53,930 nt of DNA from Caldiserica bacterium UBA4770 (GCA_002403335.1 DHHO01000002.1:71540-125469), one strand, 5' to 3'; counted from the first letter of the stretch, positions 27,561-37,436 are shown. Numbers and translations are program-made. The notes: generated from the sequence alone by a model not told the origin.

Positions 27561-29875
27561 TTAATATTATCTTTAAGAGCTTTCAGTACCTTTTCTGGTG
27601 TGTATGGTGTCTTATGAATTCTTATACCGGTTGCATTGTAAAGGGCATTTCCAATTGCAGGGATGGGTCCATTGATGTTTACTTCTGCAACTGATTTTGC
27701 TCCATATGCTCCGGTGGGCTCGTAGGTTTCAATAATAATTGGTACTATCTCAGGTATATCCCTTGAGGAGGGTATCCTGTAATAGAGAAAGTTTGGATTT
27801 ACCATCTTTCCAGATTTTCCAAATTCAAACTCCTCTGTAAGGGCGTAACCAATGCCATTTACTATTGCACCAATAATCTGTCCTTTAACAAGTTCGGGGT
27901 TAATTGGAATACCGCAATCAACAGCTGCAACGTACTTAATGGGAGTTATCTGCCCTGTTTCTGTATCAACCTCTATTTCAACAAAGTGCACTGCAAAAGG
28001 AGGAGGGGAACTCTGTGAGATGAAAGAGGCTGTTGCCATCAACTGCTGATGTTTTCTTACATAAAATGTCTCGTATGCAATTTCAGAAAGTGAAATTCTT
28101 CTTCCACTTCTTTTGCTTATAACCTCTCCATCTTCAATAAGGAATTCTTTTGTATCAAATTCATTAAATTTTTCCCTTGCGTATTCAAAGACCTGCTCCC
28201 TTAATTTCAGTGCTGCATTGTAAACTGCCCCTCCTGAGACAAATGTCCCGCTTGAGGCATATGCCCCTTTATCAAATGGTGTTATGTCGGTATCAGCTGC
28301 ATAGACAATCACCTTATCAGGGCTTGTCCCCAGTGTTTCCCCCACAATCTGAGCGACCACTGTATCAAGACCTGTTCCTATGTCTGTTCCCCCATAAAGA
28401 ATGTTGAATGAACCGTCCTCGTTCAATTTTATTGTGGCAGCACCCATGTCAACTGCAGGGATTCCTGAGCCCTGCATAAGCATTGCCATACCTATCCCTC
28501 TTACCTTTGATTGTTTTCCTGTCTTTTTTCTCCTGTTTTCTGACCAGCTAATTTCCTTTGCCCCTGCTTCTATAAGTCTATCAAGTGATTCACTCTGTAT
28601 ATACTGGGTTACACCTTCTCTTCCTTCTCCAAGTGCTCTGAATATGGGTGAGGTTTCACCACTTCTTATGTGGTTTTTCTTTCTTATTTCAATGGGACTT
28701 ATCCCTAATTTTTCTGCGACTTCATCTACAACCTGCTCCAGAGCTGCATATCCCTGTGTTGCTCCATACCCTCTATAGGCGCCTGCAACAGGAAGGTTGG
28801 TGTATACAACATCTGCTATAAACTCTACATTTTCGGCTTTGTTGTAAAGTGGCAGGGTCTTTGACCCTGTATTTGAGGCAACTGTGAGCCCATGGGTCCC
28901 ATATGCCCCTGTATTGCTGAGGGCGTACATTTTTATTGCATTGAAAGTTCCGTCCTTCTTTGCGCCAATCTTTACTTTAATCTTCATTGGGTGTCTTGTT
29001 CTTGAGGAGATAAATTCTTCCTCTCTTGAATAGAGGTATCTTGCAGGCCTTCCCGTAAGATATGTTGTATATGCACATATTTCTTCAAGGATAATCTCCT
29101 GTTTAACGCCGAATCCTCCCCCGATTCTTGGTTTTATAACTCTTATATCCTTCAAGGGGATACCCGTTACCTGTGACACAATCCTTCTTACATGGAAGGG
29201 TACCTGTGTTGAGGTCCTTATAACAAGCCTTCCATATTCGTCAAGGTATGTAATTGTTACATGAGGTTCAATGGGGCAGTGCTGTGCATAGTGTGTTTCA
29301 AATGTATCCTCAACAACAACATCCGATTCTCTGAATCCCTTTTCAATATCTCCTGTTTTCACCTCAATATGTGCCACAAGGTTTCTTCTGGCATCATATA
29401 CTCCTGAAATACCTTCTTCATCATGAATAACAGGTGCGCCTTCTTTCATTGCTTCTTCCGGGTCAAATACTGCAGGGAGTATTTTATAATTTACCTTAAT
29501 GTGTTTCAGGGCTTCTGTCGCTATCTCTTCTGTTTCAGCTGCAACCGTGAGAACTCTATCTCCCACGTAACGAACCTTTCTGTTAAACATACAGGTATCG
29601 TAGGGAGACGGTTCTGGCCATCCCTGCCCTGCTGTTGTGTGCAGATACTGAGGGGTGTTTTTATAGGAGAGGATGAGTTTAACCCCCGGGATTTTCAATG
29701 CTTCTTCTTCCTCAATGTCCTCTATAATTGCATGTGCATAGGGAGAGTAAAGACTTTTTATCTGAAGTGCATTTTTTATCTCCATATCATCAGTAAATAA
29801 TGGCTGCCCTGTAGCAAGGGCAAGTGCGTCTATCTTTTCTACACTTTTTCCTATGTATTTAAAAAATCCCTCCAT
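27554..29875 (-). CDS. Xanthine dehydrogenase/aldehyde oxidase-family molybdopterin-binding large subunit
   Basis: 773-aa Ald_Xan_dh fold; last gene of the FAD / 2Fe-2S / Mo subunit triplet. Confidence 0.85.
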   Translation of the reverse strand: MEGFFKYIGKSVEKIDALALATGQPLFTDDMEIKNALQIKSLYSPYAHAIIEDIEEEEALKIPGVKLILSYKNTPQYLHTTAGQGWPEPSPYDTCMFNRKVRYVGDRVLTVAAETEEIATEALKHIKVNYKILPAVFDPEEAMKEGAPVIHDEEGISGVYDARRNLVAHIEVKTGDIEKGFRESDVVVEDTFETHYAQHCPIEPHVTITYLDEYGRLVIRTSTQVPFHVRRIVSQVTGIPLKDIRVIKPRIGGGFGVKQEIILEEICAYTTYLTGRPARYLYSREEEFISSRTRHPMKIKVKIGAKKDGTFNAIKMYALSNTGAYGTHGLTVASNTGSKTLPLYNKAENVEFIADVVYTNLPVAGAYRGYGATQGYAALEQVVDEVAEKLGISPIEIRKKNHIRSGETSPIFRALGEGREGVTQYIQSESLDRLIEAGAKEISWSENRRKKTGKQSKVRGIGMAMLMQGSGIPAVDMGAATIKLNEDGSFNILYGGTDIGTGLDTVVAQIVGETLGTSPDKVIVYAADTDITPFDKGAYASSGTFVSGGAVYNAALKLREQVFEYAREKFNEFDTKEFLIEDGEVISKRSGRRISLSEIAYETFYVRKHQQLMATASFISQSSPPPFAVHFVEIEVDTETGQITPIKYVAAVDCGIPINPELVKGQIIGAIVNGIGYALTEEFEFGKSGKMVNPNFLYYRIPSSRDIPEIVPIIIETYEPTGAYGAKSVAEVNINGPIPAIGNALYNATGIRIHKTPYTPEKVLKALKDNINK

Positions 29876-30342
29876 TATTTACCTCCTTTAATAAGTTCAA
29901 TTGCATATTTAATGGCTTCTATTTGCTGGATGTACCCTGTGCACCTACAGAGGTTGCCGTCCAGTGCTATTTTTATATCTTCCACTGTTGGGCTCGGGTT
30001 ATTTTTAAGCAGGGCATAAGCTGTAAGCACTGCCCCGGGTGTGCAAAAACCGCACTGAACGGCTCCTTTTTCCGCAAATGCCTTCTGAATGGGATGAGGG
30101 TGTTTGATACTGCCTATCCCCTTTACTGTCAAAATTTCCTGTCCCACAACCTGTGCAGCCAATGTTACGCAGCTTGCTCTGGGTATTCCACCAATAAGTA
30201 CCGTACAGGCACCACAAGTCCCGAGGTAGCAATTCCCTTTTACCTCTGTGTAGCCATTCCGTCTGAGGAGATCAAGCAGCACCTCTCCTTCCGAAAATTC
30301 AAATTCCTTTTTCTCACCATTAATGGTGAAGTGTGCCTTCAT
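29875..30342 (-). CDS. (2Fe-2S)-binding small subunit of the xanthine dehydrogenase-family enzyme
   Basis: Two [2Fe-2S] Cys clusters (CYLGTCGAC...C and CGFCTPG...C...C). Confidence 0.85.
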   Translation of the reverse strand: MKAHFTINGEKKEFEFSEGEVLLDLLRRNGYTEVKGNCYLGTCGACTVLIGGIPRASCVTLAAQVVGQEILTVKGIGSIKHPHPIQKAFAEKGAVQCGFCTPGAVLTAYALLKNNPSPTVEDIKIALDGNLCRCTGYIQQIEAIKYAIELIKGGK

Positions 30343-31197
30343 CTATACCTCCCTCAGGAAACTTGTAAGTATTCTTTTTGCAAATACCCCTGCAATATGG
30401 GCTCTATACTCTTTACTGAGCCTGATATCTGTATCTACATTTATGTTTTCCTCAACAAAATCTGCAAATATCTCAATATTTTTTTCGGACAACTGTCGTC
30501 CTTTAAGGTATTCCTCCCCTTCGGTAAAGAATTCTGCCTCCCCTGGCCTTGCACCTGTTACGATTGTAGCATCTTTAACAGTGTCACCTGATAATTGTAC
30601 GAGTATTCCCATATTGAGGAGGGGGATTTCTGTTGCGTTCTTCACGAATCTTTCCATTCCAAACCTGAAGTCTTCCCCCTTCTTTTCGAGAACAATCTCC
30701 TTAATAATTGAATGCTTCAAGGTTTCCCTGAAATTGCCTGCATAAAATTCCTTTAAGGGAATTTCGCTCTCCCTGTCACCGCTACTTATTAAAACCCTTG
30801 CCCTTATGGCTGCAAGGAGTGTCACAATATCTGAATAAGGCTCATTTTGTGCAACTGAACCCCCAATGGTAATTTGATTTCTCAATAATTCTGTGGCGAT
30901 TGATTGCAGAACTTTTTTAATGCTATATCCGTTGTAATAGTTTATTGCTCCTGAATTAATGAGCTCGCTTATAGTTGTTGTGGCACCGATTGCAACCCTT
31001 CCCTCGTTTTCTTTCACATAATTTAAATGGAGATTATTAAGAAAGATCAGTCTTCTAATTAGAGGATTGGGAAATGCTGCTATGTGAAGGCCGCCTCCGA
31101 TGATTCGGGCAGAGTCTTTCCCCTCTTTTAATAGCTTTACGGCTTCTTCAATAGTTTCAGGATAAAAGCATTCGCTAACTCCTTTTAGCTTTAGCAT
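30343..31197 (-). CDS. FAD-binding (CoxM/XdhB-like) medium subunit
   Basis: Molybdopterin-dehydrogenase FAD-binding domain; tight spacing with the 2Fe-2S gene. Confidence 0.8.
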   Translation of the reverse strand: MLKLKGVSECFYPETIEEAVKLLKEGKDSARIIGGGLHIAAFPNPLIRRLIFLNNLHLNYVKENEGRVAIGATTTISELINSGAINYYNGYSIKKVLQSIATELLRNQITIGGSVAQNEPYSDIVTLLAAIRARVLISSGDRESEIPLKEFYAGNFRETLKHSIIKEIVLEKKGEDFRFGMERFVKNATEIPLLNMGILVQLSGDTVKDATIVTGARPGEAEFFTEGEEYLKGRQLSEKNIEIFADFVEENINVDTDIRLSKEYRAHIAGVFAKRILTSFLREV

Positions 31198-31258
31198 ATT
31201 ACCTCCTTGAGGTTATTTCTAAATTATATATAAAGTTTTAACAAATTTTAACTCTTTC

Positions 31259-32374
31259 CTAAGAAAAGTAAACCTCTTTCCCATTTATGAATACTTTTTT
31301 CGCCTGTGTTTTTGTTTCCCAGGGGTCTCCGTCAAAGATAGTAAGGGTGCAATCCTTACCCTCTTTGATACTTCCGAAACTCTCCATTCCCAGAATCTTT
31401 GCTGGTACAGATGTAATGGTTGCAAGCGCTTTTTCTCTTTTAAGCCCTTCTCTTATAAGTAACCCTGCCTGAATCCTCAGGAATTCCGCAGGGAAGAGAG
31501 GATGTCCGGAAATAATTGCGGTTTCTATGCCATTTTCAATGAGTGCTACAGGGACTTCTGGGGAAAGGTGGCTTAATTCTCTGGATTCTCTTGATAATAT
31601 AATCGGACCAAATGCAACAGGTATTTTTCTCTTTTTGATTTCGTCTATGAGTAAGTCTGCTTCAAACCCATTCGTTATAACTGAGTTAAGCTCAAACTCA
31701 TCTGATATGCGTAATCCTGTCATAATATCATCTGCGCGGAATGAGGAAAGAAATGCCCTGTCTTTTCCACTAACGATAGGAAGAAGCGACTCTTCAAATA
31801 GGGAGAACTTTTTCTTACTCTTTTTGTATTCCTTTGCCCGTGATAGTGCCTCCCTTATAAGATAAGCATTGCCCATTCTTGTCATTGGCATCTTTTTCTG
31901 TTTCATATAAACAAATTTTGGCTCATTATTCAGAGAAAATCTCATTCCGAATGGTGACTTGATGGTCATATCAAGGATATTGTCACCCACGTTCCATATA
32001 AGAGATCCTCTCCCCCCGATAGTATTGGAAATTCCGGCAAGTACAAGGCTCATTGTGACCCCGCCCCTTATTGATTTTTTGAAGGATTCATCGTATGGGT
32101 TAATTCCATCAAGAGCAACAAGCTCAGGAGTCTGGGGGTTTGTTTCCTCATTAAGGTCGACTCCTTCAATCCTTCCAAGGGATTCCTCTCTGAGCCCAAT
32201 TCCAGATGCAAGATCTATAAATCCTGGTGTTACAAATTTTGCCATGTGGGTTTTACTTACTTTATCTTTTGTATCCTCACCGATGTGGATGATTTTTCCC
32301 CTTTCAAAAAGGATCACTCTGTCTTCAAGGATTTTTTTGCCATCAAAAAGTTTTTCTGCAATAATCTTATACAT
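31259..32374 (-). CDS. Metal-dependent amidohydrolase-family protein (paralogue 2)
   Basis: Likely start MYKIIAEKLF preceded by a perfect RBS AAAGGAGGT; amidohydrolase fold; paralogous to the upstream gene. Confidence 0.75.
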   Translation of the reverse strand: MYKIIAEKLFDGKKILEDRVILFERGKIIHIGEDTKDKVSKTHMAKFVTPGFIDLASGIGLREESLGRIEGVDLNEETNPQTPELVALDGINPYDESFKKSIRGGVTMSLVLAGISNTIGGRGSLIWNVGDNILDMTIKSPFGMRFSLNNEPKFVYMKQKKMPMTRMGNAYLIREALSRAKEYKKSKKKFSLFEESLLPIVSGKDRAFLSSFRADDIMTGLRISDEFELNSVITNGFEADLLIDEIKKRKIPVAFGPIILSRESRELSHLSPEVPVALIENGIETAIISGHPLFPAEFLRIQAGLLIREGLKREKALATITSVPAKILGMESFGSIKEGKDCTLTIFDGDPWETKTQAKKVFINGKEVYFS

Positions 32375-33527
32375 ATTTACCTCCTTTAAATACAATCTTA
32401 CCATCCACGATAACCTGCTCGCACCTTGCCTGTGTGGAGAATGGATGCCCAGAGTAGATGGATAGGTCTGCAATCTTCCCCTTTTCAATGCTTCCGTAGT
32501 CTTTATCTATATCGAGTATCCTTGCAGCATTTATAGTGATAAGTTCAAGGGCTTTTTCCTCTCCCATTCCTCCATAGTAGGCAACCAAGCCTGTTTGGAT
32601 GGGAAGGTACTGTATTGGTATGACAGGGTGGTCTGTCATTAGAGCTACGAGTACACCTGCTTCAACAAGTTTTGCAGGATTTTCAAAAGAGGAGGACTTT
32701 GTTTCAACCTTCTGTGAAACATCTAAGAGTGGCCCTGCTATAACGGGTACCTTCTCTCTGGCAAGAAAATCTCTCACCCTTACAGCATCCGTTCCATGTT
32801 CTATTGTGACATCAAGTCCAAATTCGTGTTTGGCTATGCGGATGGCTGTAACAATATCATCTGCTCTGTGCGAATGAATCCTTAAGGGAATCCTGTGTTC
32901 AAATGCTGGAATGAATGCCTCCATGTTCAGGTCTGTTACTACCTTATCCTTCTTTTTCTTTTTGTTCTCATAGTATTCCTTTGCCTTTGAAAGGGTTTCT
33001 CTGAAAACCTTTGCAGTGCCCATCCTTGTTGTAGGCAGCTGTGACTTTTCTGAATAAACTCTTTTCGGGTTTTCTCCAAATGCACACTTTAATCCTGAAG
33101 GATTTTTAATGACCATCTCATCAACGATGCTTCCATAGGTTTTCATTACGACACTCTGCCCTCCTACAACGTTTCCTGAGCCAGGCCCTGTAAAAATAAC
33201 AGTGATACCTGCAGATATTGCATCTTTATAAGCAGGGTCCTGGGGATTGATTGCATCAATGGCTCTCATTGCAGGAGTTGCGGGATTTGTCATTTCATTT
33301 CCATCGTATCCTTCAAAGGTAGATTCGAGTGCAAAGAGCCCCAGATGGGAGTGAGCATCAATAAACCCGGGGAAAATGAACTTACCTTCTGCATTAATTT
33401 TCTCAAAGTTTCCCCTGAATGGTTTGTTTGAAATATCCTTGATTCTTCCAGCATCAATCAGGATAAACCCATCGGGGATGATACCCCTTGTAACCGTAAA
33501 AATCTTTCCATGTTCGATTGATAGCAT
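32367..33527 (-). CDS. Metal-dependent amidohydrolase-family protein (paralogue 1)
   Basis: 386 aa; HSH metal-binding motif (IDAHSHLG) typical of the amidohydrolase superfamily. Confidence 0.75.
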   Translation of the reverse strand: MLSIEHGKIFTVTRGIIPDGFILIDAGRIKDISNKPFRGNFEKINAEGKFIFPGFIDAHSHLGLFALESTFEGYDGNEMTNPATPAMRAIDAINPQDPAYKDAISAGITVIFTGPGSGNVVGGQSVVMKTYGSIVDEMVIKNPSGLKCAFGENPKRVYSEKSQLPTTRMGTAKVFRETLSKAKEYYENKKKKKDKVVTDLNMEAFIPAFEHRIPLRIHSHRADDIVTAIRIAKHEFGLDVTIEHGTDAVRVRDFLAREKVPVIAGPLLDVSQKVETKSSSFENPAKLVEAGVLVALMTDHPVIPIQYLPIQTGLVAYYGGMGEEKALELITINAARILDIDKDYGSIEKGKIADLSIYSGHPFSTQARCEQVIVDGKIVFKGGKYV

Positions 33528-33898
33528 GTTACCTCCTTAAAATTATGAGATTTTATCACTAAAAGAAGATTTTCGAAATGGAACGTTTTTAAAGTATTGC
33601 ATTTTCTGGCAGTAACCGTTGGAAAGCAATGTTTATATTGCTTGTTTTCTCTCTTTTTCATGATAAAGGTCTGTTTATTTGCGAAAAATTTATTATTTAT
33701 CTTCTATCATCTATTTTATTGCTTTGAATTTGACTGGTGTTGACCCAACTTGATAAGGATGGCTCGCTTAATTTCTGCTATGTTGAATGCTCTAATAGGT
33801 TTATGCTACGTATGCTTCTAAAATGTTTATTTATTGTGAGAGGATAAGGGAGAAGATAGGGAAAGACAAGATAAAACCAATAACCTGATGAAAAGAGC

Positions 33899-34240
33899 AC
33901 AGGTTACAGAGGATTAAGGAAAAGATCGGGAGAGGATTGGGGATAAGGACAAAGAAAAGTTAGTAGTGCAGGCGGTAATATCGCACCAAAAAATTTTCAT
34001 TTCGTAAGCTCAAAGACCAGAAAAGTTTATCGTGCACCGCCCTGCAAAAATCATTTTAAAAGGAAGAAATAAGCTGTAGTCAAATCCTACATACCGAGGT
34101 CGCATAGGTGAGATGGTTTTGATATAATTTTCCCACCTCAGTTAGTTATTCGCTGTGCGATTGTAAATTCATTGGCAGGCTGACCGCCTGCAACTTCACT
34201 GCTTTGATGGTGGTAATTTAGAGGGCCCGGCTCGCAATTT
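33899..34240. repeat. Left copy of ~340-bp direct repeat bracketing the accessory island
   Basis: Aligns over its whole length (about 93% identity by eye) with 49088..49440; contains internal 9-nt inverted segments GCAGGCGGT (33968) and ACCGCCTGC (34183) about 215 nt apart and a GCAGGC-tgacc-GCCTGC hairpin; no plausible ORF. Confidence 0.7.
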
Positions 34241-34362
34241 ACAAGATCCCTCAAAGAGTAAAAAAGATTTAGATAGTAGAATTTTGATGCTTGACAAATT
34301 TTTCAAAAGGGATAAACTTTTATTGAAAGATAAAAAAGTATTTAATTTTAAAAAGGGGATAA

Positions 34363-35394
34363 ATGAAAAAAGTATTTATCATTATTCTCATTCTAGTTTT
34401 GCTTTTGCTTGCAGCAGGAGCAGGGTATTACTATTTTATTTTTTTCAAAATACCGACTTATACCTTTATGCAGATTAAGAAAGCATATGATACGCATGAT
34501 GTAGAGCTGTTTAAGAAATATGTTGATGTAGATAGTTTTTGCGAACAGGTCGTGGATGATTATGTAACATGGATAAGCCAAAGTGATTTAGCAGATACCG
34601 GAACTGATGTATGGTCAGAGTTAGGTAGTAATATCGCAAAAGGAATGATTGGTCTAATGAAACCTCAAATGGTAACAGAGATGAAAAATGGATTGCTTTA
34701 TTCTGTGGAAAACAATTCAATTAACTCCTCTTCCAGTCAAAATACTTTAAAAGATATAATCAGTGGTGTATCAAATTTACAATCCTTTATTAATAACAAT
34801 TCTGTTTCGACAGTCAAGAATGGTAAAATAACTACGCTCAAGTTTACTATTCACAACGATCAGTATAGTGCCGATTTGGAAATTGACCTCTTACTGAGAG
34901 AGAAAGGTAACCACCTGCAAGTTGTTAAAGTCAGTAATCTCTTAGATTACTTAAAGACTATTGACTATCTTGAGCAAGAACGTATTGATGACCTTAACGC
35001 AAATATTACTAATAACATGCAAGAATTGCTCAGTATTTCCAATGTTAAATATGAGTGGACTGAGCCTGATGAATGGACTACATATGTAGATGTGACTTTC
35101 TTTGCAGATTTTAAAAACAATGGCAATAAAACAATTGACAAATTTACCCTTTCATTAACATTATACGATTCTTCTGGTAACAAAATAACGGATATCGATT
35201 TTGACGAGAGCAAAATAATTAAATCAAGTTCTGTTGTTAAGATTAAGTTAAATAAAGAATTCGATATTTATGACTCGAATGACAAAAAAGCATTAGACTC
35301 GTTACGAAAGGGAGATGGAACATATGATGTTACGTATACTTATATTCACTTTGCGGATGGAAGTGAATTAAAACTTCATAAAAAATTTGAGTAG
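34363..35394 (+). CDS. Membrane-anchored extracytoplasmic protein of unknown function
   Basis: 343 aa; N-terminal TM anchor (IIILILVLLLLAAGAGYYYFIFF) then an Asn/Ser/Thr-rich beta-type domain; first gene inside the island. Confidence 0.55.
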   Translation: MKKVFIIILILVLLLLAAGAGYYYFIFFKIPTYTFMQIKKAYDTHDVELFKKYVDVDSFCEQVVDDYVTWISQSDLADTGTDVWSELGSNIAKGMIGLMKPQMVTEMKNGLLYSVENNSINSSSSQNTLKDIISGVSNLQSFINNNSVSTVKNGKITTLKFTIHNDQYSADLEIDLLLREKGNHLQVVKVSNLLDYLKTIDYLEQERIDDLNANITNNMQELLSISNVKYEWTEPDEWTTYVDVTFFADFKNNGNKTIDKFTLSLTLYDSSGNKITDIDFDESKIIKSSSVVKIKLNKEFDIYDSNDKKALDSLRKGDGTYDVTYTYIHFADGSELKLHKKFE

Positions 35395-35414
35395 TTGCTT
35401 TAGGAGGTGTAACA

Positions 35415-36086
35415 GTGTTAGAAAAAGAGGATTTAGAAGTATTAATTGCGTTGTATTTACTTTGCAAAGGTGATCCATACATGTCGATAAGACATTTTAA
35501 CCTTATTACCAATCTTACTTCTATTGATGACAATGAAGTATTAAAAAGACTGGGAAGATTAAAACAAAAGGGATTGGTTGAGTTTAAAGAAAGTCCATGT
35601 TACAGTGGAACTTTGCCAGATATTGCATTGATTAAACTAACTGGGAATGGATTTGATTATGTTGAAAATCCGTTTAAAACAAAAGGAGGATCCTACGAAC
35701 AAATTAACAGACAGACAATAGAAAATATCAATATCATTAATAGTCCAGGAGGAAATGTCGATGCGAAAAACATTTCACAGCAGACTATAAATCTCTCACC
35801 AGAACAAATAAGTGAAACCAATGAAGGTATAGATTCTATCAAAGACATGATAGAAAAATCCGATGAAATCCCAGATGGTTTGAAAAGAGAGCTATTACAA
35901 ATATTGGATAAAAGTAAAGAAATGTTAATGGAAAAAGATAACAGCGGTTTTATGAATAAATTGAAAGAGTTTTGGTCCAAGATTTTAAAGTTTATAACTG
36001 AATCTGGAAAAATTATAAACTTGTTGCCAATATTAGAGAAGATGATCTCGTTCATCAACAAAGTAATTATTCTGTTAGTCAAATAA
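35415..36086 (+). CDS. Hypothetical protein with N-terminal winged-helix-like and C-terminal coiled-coil/amphipathic regions
   Basis: 223 aa; RBS GGAGGTG; N-terminus LEVLIALYLL...NEVLKRLGRLKQKGLVEF resembles a wHTH; acidic linker; hydrophobic C-terminal helix. Confidence 0.5.
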   Translation: MLEKEDLEVLIALYLLCKGDPYMSIRHFNLITNLTSIDDNEVLKRLGRLKQKGLVEFKESPCYSGTLPDIALIKLTGNGFDYVENPFKTKGGSYEQINRQTIENINIINSPGGNVDAKNISQQTINLSPEQISETNEGIDSIKDMIEKSDEIPDGLKRELLQILDKSKEMLMEKDNSGFMNKLKEFWSKILKFITESGKIINLLPILEKMISFINKVIILLVK

Positions 36087-36167
36087 TTGGGCGGCTCTTT
36101 CTATGAGTAAAATTAAAATAATATAAGTGATGAAGTAGGTTAAAAATAAAATTTCAAAGGAGGAAGT

Positions 36168-37219
36168 TTGATGAAAAGGGCTGTTATAATTCTAACGACT
36201 GTCTTAATGCTCTTCTCTTTGTTTCAGGGAGCATCAAGAGAAAATATGGTGAAAGCAGATAGCCAACCAATCTGGCCAATGCCTGGCTACAATTCACAGC
36301 ACACAGGACAGTGCCCATATGATACATCACAAAATAATGGGAAACTTAAGTGGAAGTTTCAAACAGATGGTGGAATTGCTTCTTCTACTCCTACTATTGG
36401 TTCTGATGGAACGATATATATTATGTCAAGTGATCTCTATGCAATTAATCCTGACGGCACACTGAAATGGAGATATCAAACAGATAACTATTATATTGTT
36501 TCTTCCCCTGTTATTGGTTCTGATGGAACAATCTATGTAGGGGCAGATGACCGTTGTCTCTATGCAATAGGTGGTACTTTTTCTACTGCTATAATAACGG
36601 CATCTGTAGAAGGTATTGGTGGCTCAATTTCCCCTTCTGGCACAATCACTGTTAAGTATGTGAGTCAAAAACCTTCACTATAATACCTGCTTCGGGATAT
36701 AAGATTTCTGATGTTAGAGTCGATGCCAATTCAGTTTTAGAACAGTTGGTTAACAACACTTATACCTACACAAATATTAAAGACAATCATAAAATTACGG
36801 CATTCTTTAAAAAAGGGAAAAAAGAAACAGTCATTATCCTTCAGATAGGTAACAAGAATTTTACTGTAAATGGCAGCCAAAGAACTCTTGACTCTCCTCC
36901 TATCATTAAGAACAACAGAACGCTACTTCCTATAAGGGCTATTATTGAAGCGCTTGGCGGAACAGTTAGCTGGGATGCTAATGAAAAGAAAGTTACAGTA
37001 ATACTTGGAAATGATACTATTGAACTCTGGATAGGGAAGAACACTGCAAAAGTTAATGGTGGTTATACTCCTATTTATTCTACAAATTCTAAGGTAGTCC
37101 CTGAGATTATTAATAGCAGAACTATGCTTCCACTTCGTTTTGTTACCGAAAACCTTGGCTGTGATGTGCAGTGGGATGGGACAACAAAGACAATTACGAT
37201 AACATATCAAGGAGAATAA
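36168..37219 (+). pseudogene. Frameshifted secreted protein (signal peptide, beta-propeller-like repeats, copper-amine-oxidase-N-like stalk domain)
   Basis: ORFs 36168..36683 and 36746..37219 read as one protein if a -1 shift is made in the A5 run at 36667-36671. The first part has a signal peptide and repeated GSDGTIY(I/V) blades; the second has an RTLLPIRAIIEALGG...WD domain. Confidence 0.5.
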
Positions 37220-37220
37220 A

Positions 37221-37397
37221 ATGGCAAGAAAAAAGCAGGAACCTAATGTAAAAGTATTCTTATTTAAGTTAGCGCTTGCAGTTGTTGGAATCATTGTTGT
37301 TTATCTTGCCCTCATGAATTCTGCATGGGTTAGTGAGCATATTATGAAGCCAATATTTGCACCAATTTTTAAGAATTTTGGTATTATACTGAAATAG
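37221..37397 (+). CDS. Small (58-aa) membrane protein candidate
   Basis: MARKKQEPNVKVFLFKLALAVVGIIVVYLALM...; strong RBS AAGGAG 7 nt upstream; one TM helix; below the 60-aa ORF-track cutoff. Confidence 0.3.
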   Translation: MARKKQEPNVKVFLFKLALAVVGIIVVYLALMNSAWVSEHIMKPIFAPIFKNFGIILK

Positions 37398-37412
37398 ACC
37401 TGGAAGTTAGCC

Positions 37413-37436
37413 TTGACAAAGATTTTCATTTGTCAA
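37413..37436. promoter_or_regulatory. Perfect 8-N8-8 palindrome (candidate operator or promoter element) upstream of the hsd operon
   Basis: TTGACAAA-gattttca-TTTGTCAA; the left arm also supplies a consensus -35 hexamer TTGACA. Confidence 0.3.

Noticed and set aside
33968-34191. Interpretation of the repeat as a MITE or retron msr/msd element
   Set aside because: The 9-nt inverted segments are internal to a longer direct repeat and not terminal, there are no target-site duplications, and there is no reverse transcriptase gene nearby. The structural observation is kept as a finding, but these specific labels are not supported.
34284-34478. 64-aa ORF overlapping the start of the 343-aa island gene
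   Set aside because: Out of frame with and overlapping a better-supported gene; the sequence is an A/T-rich promoter region.
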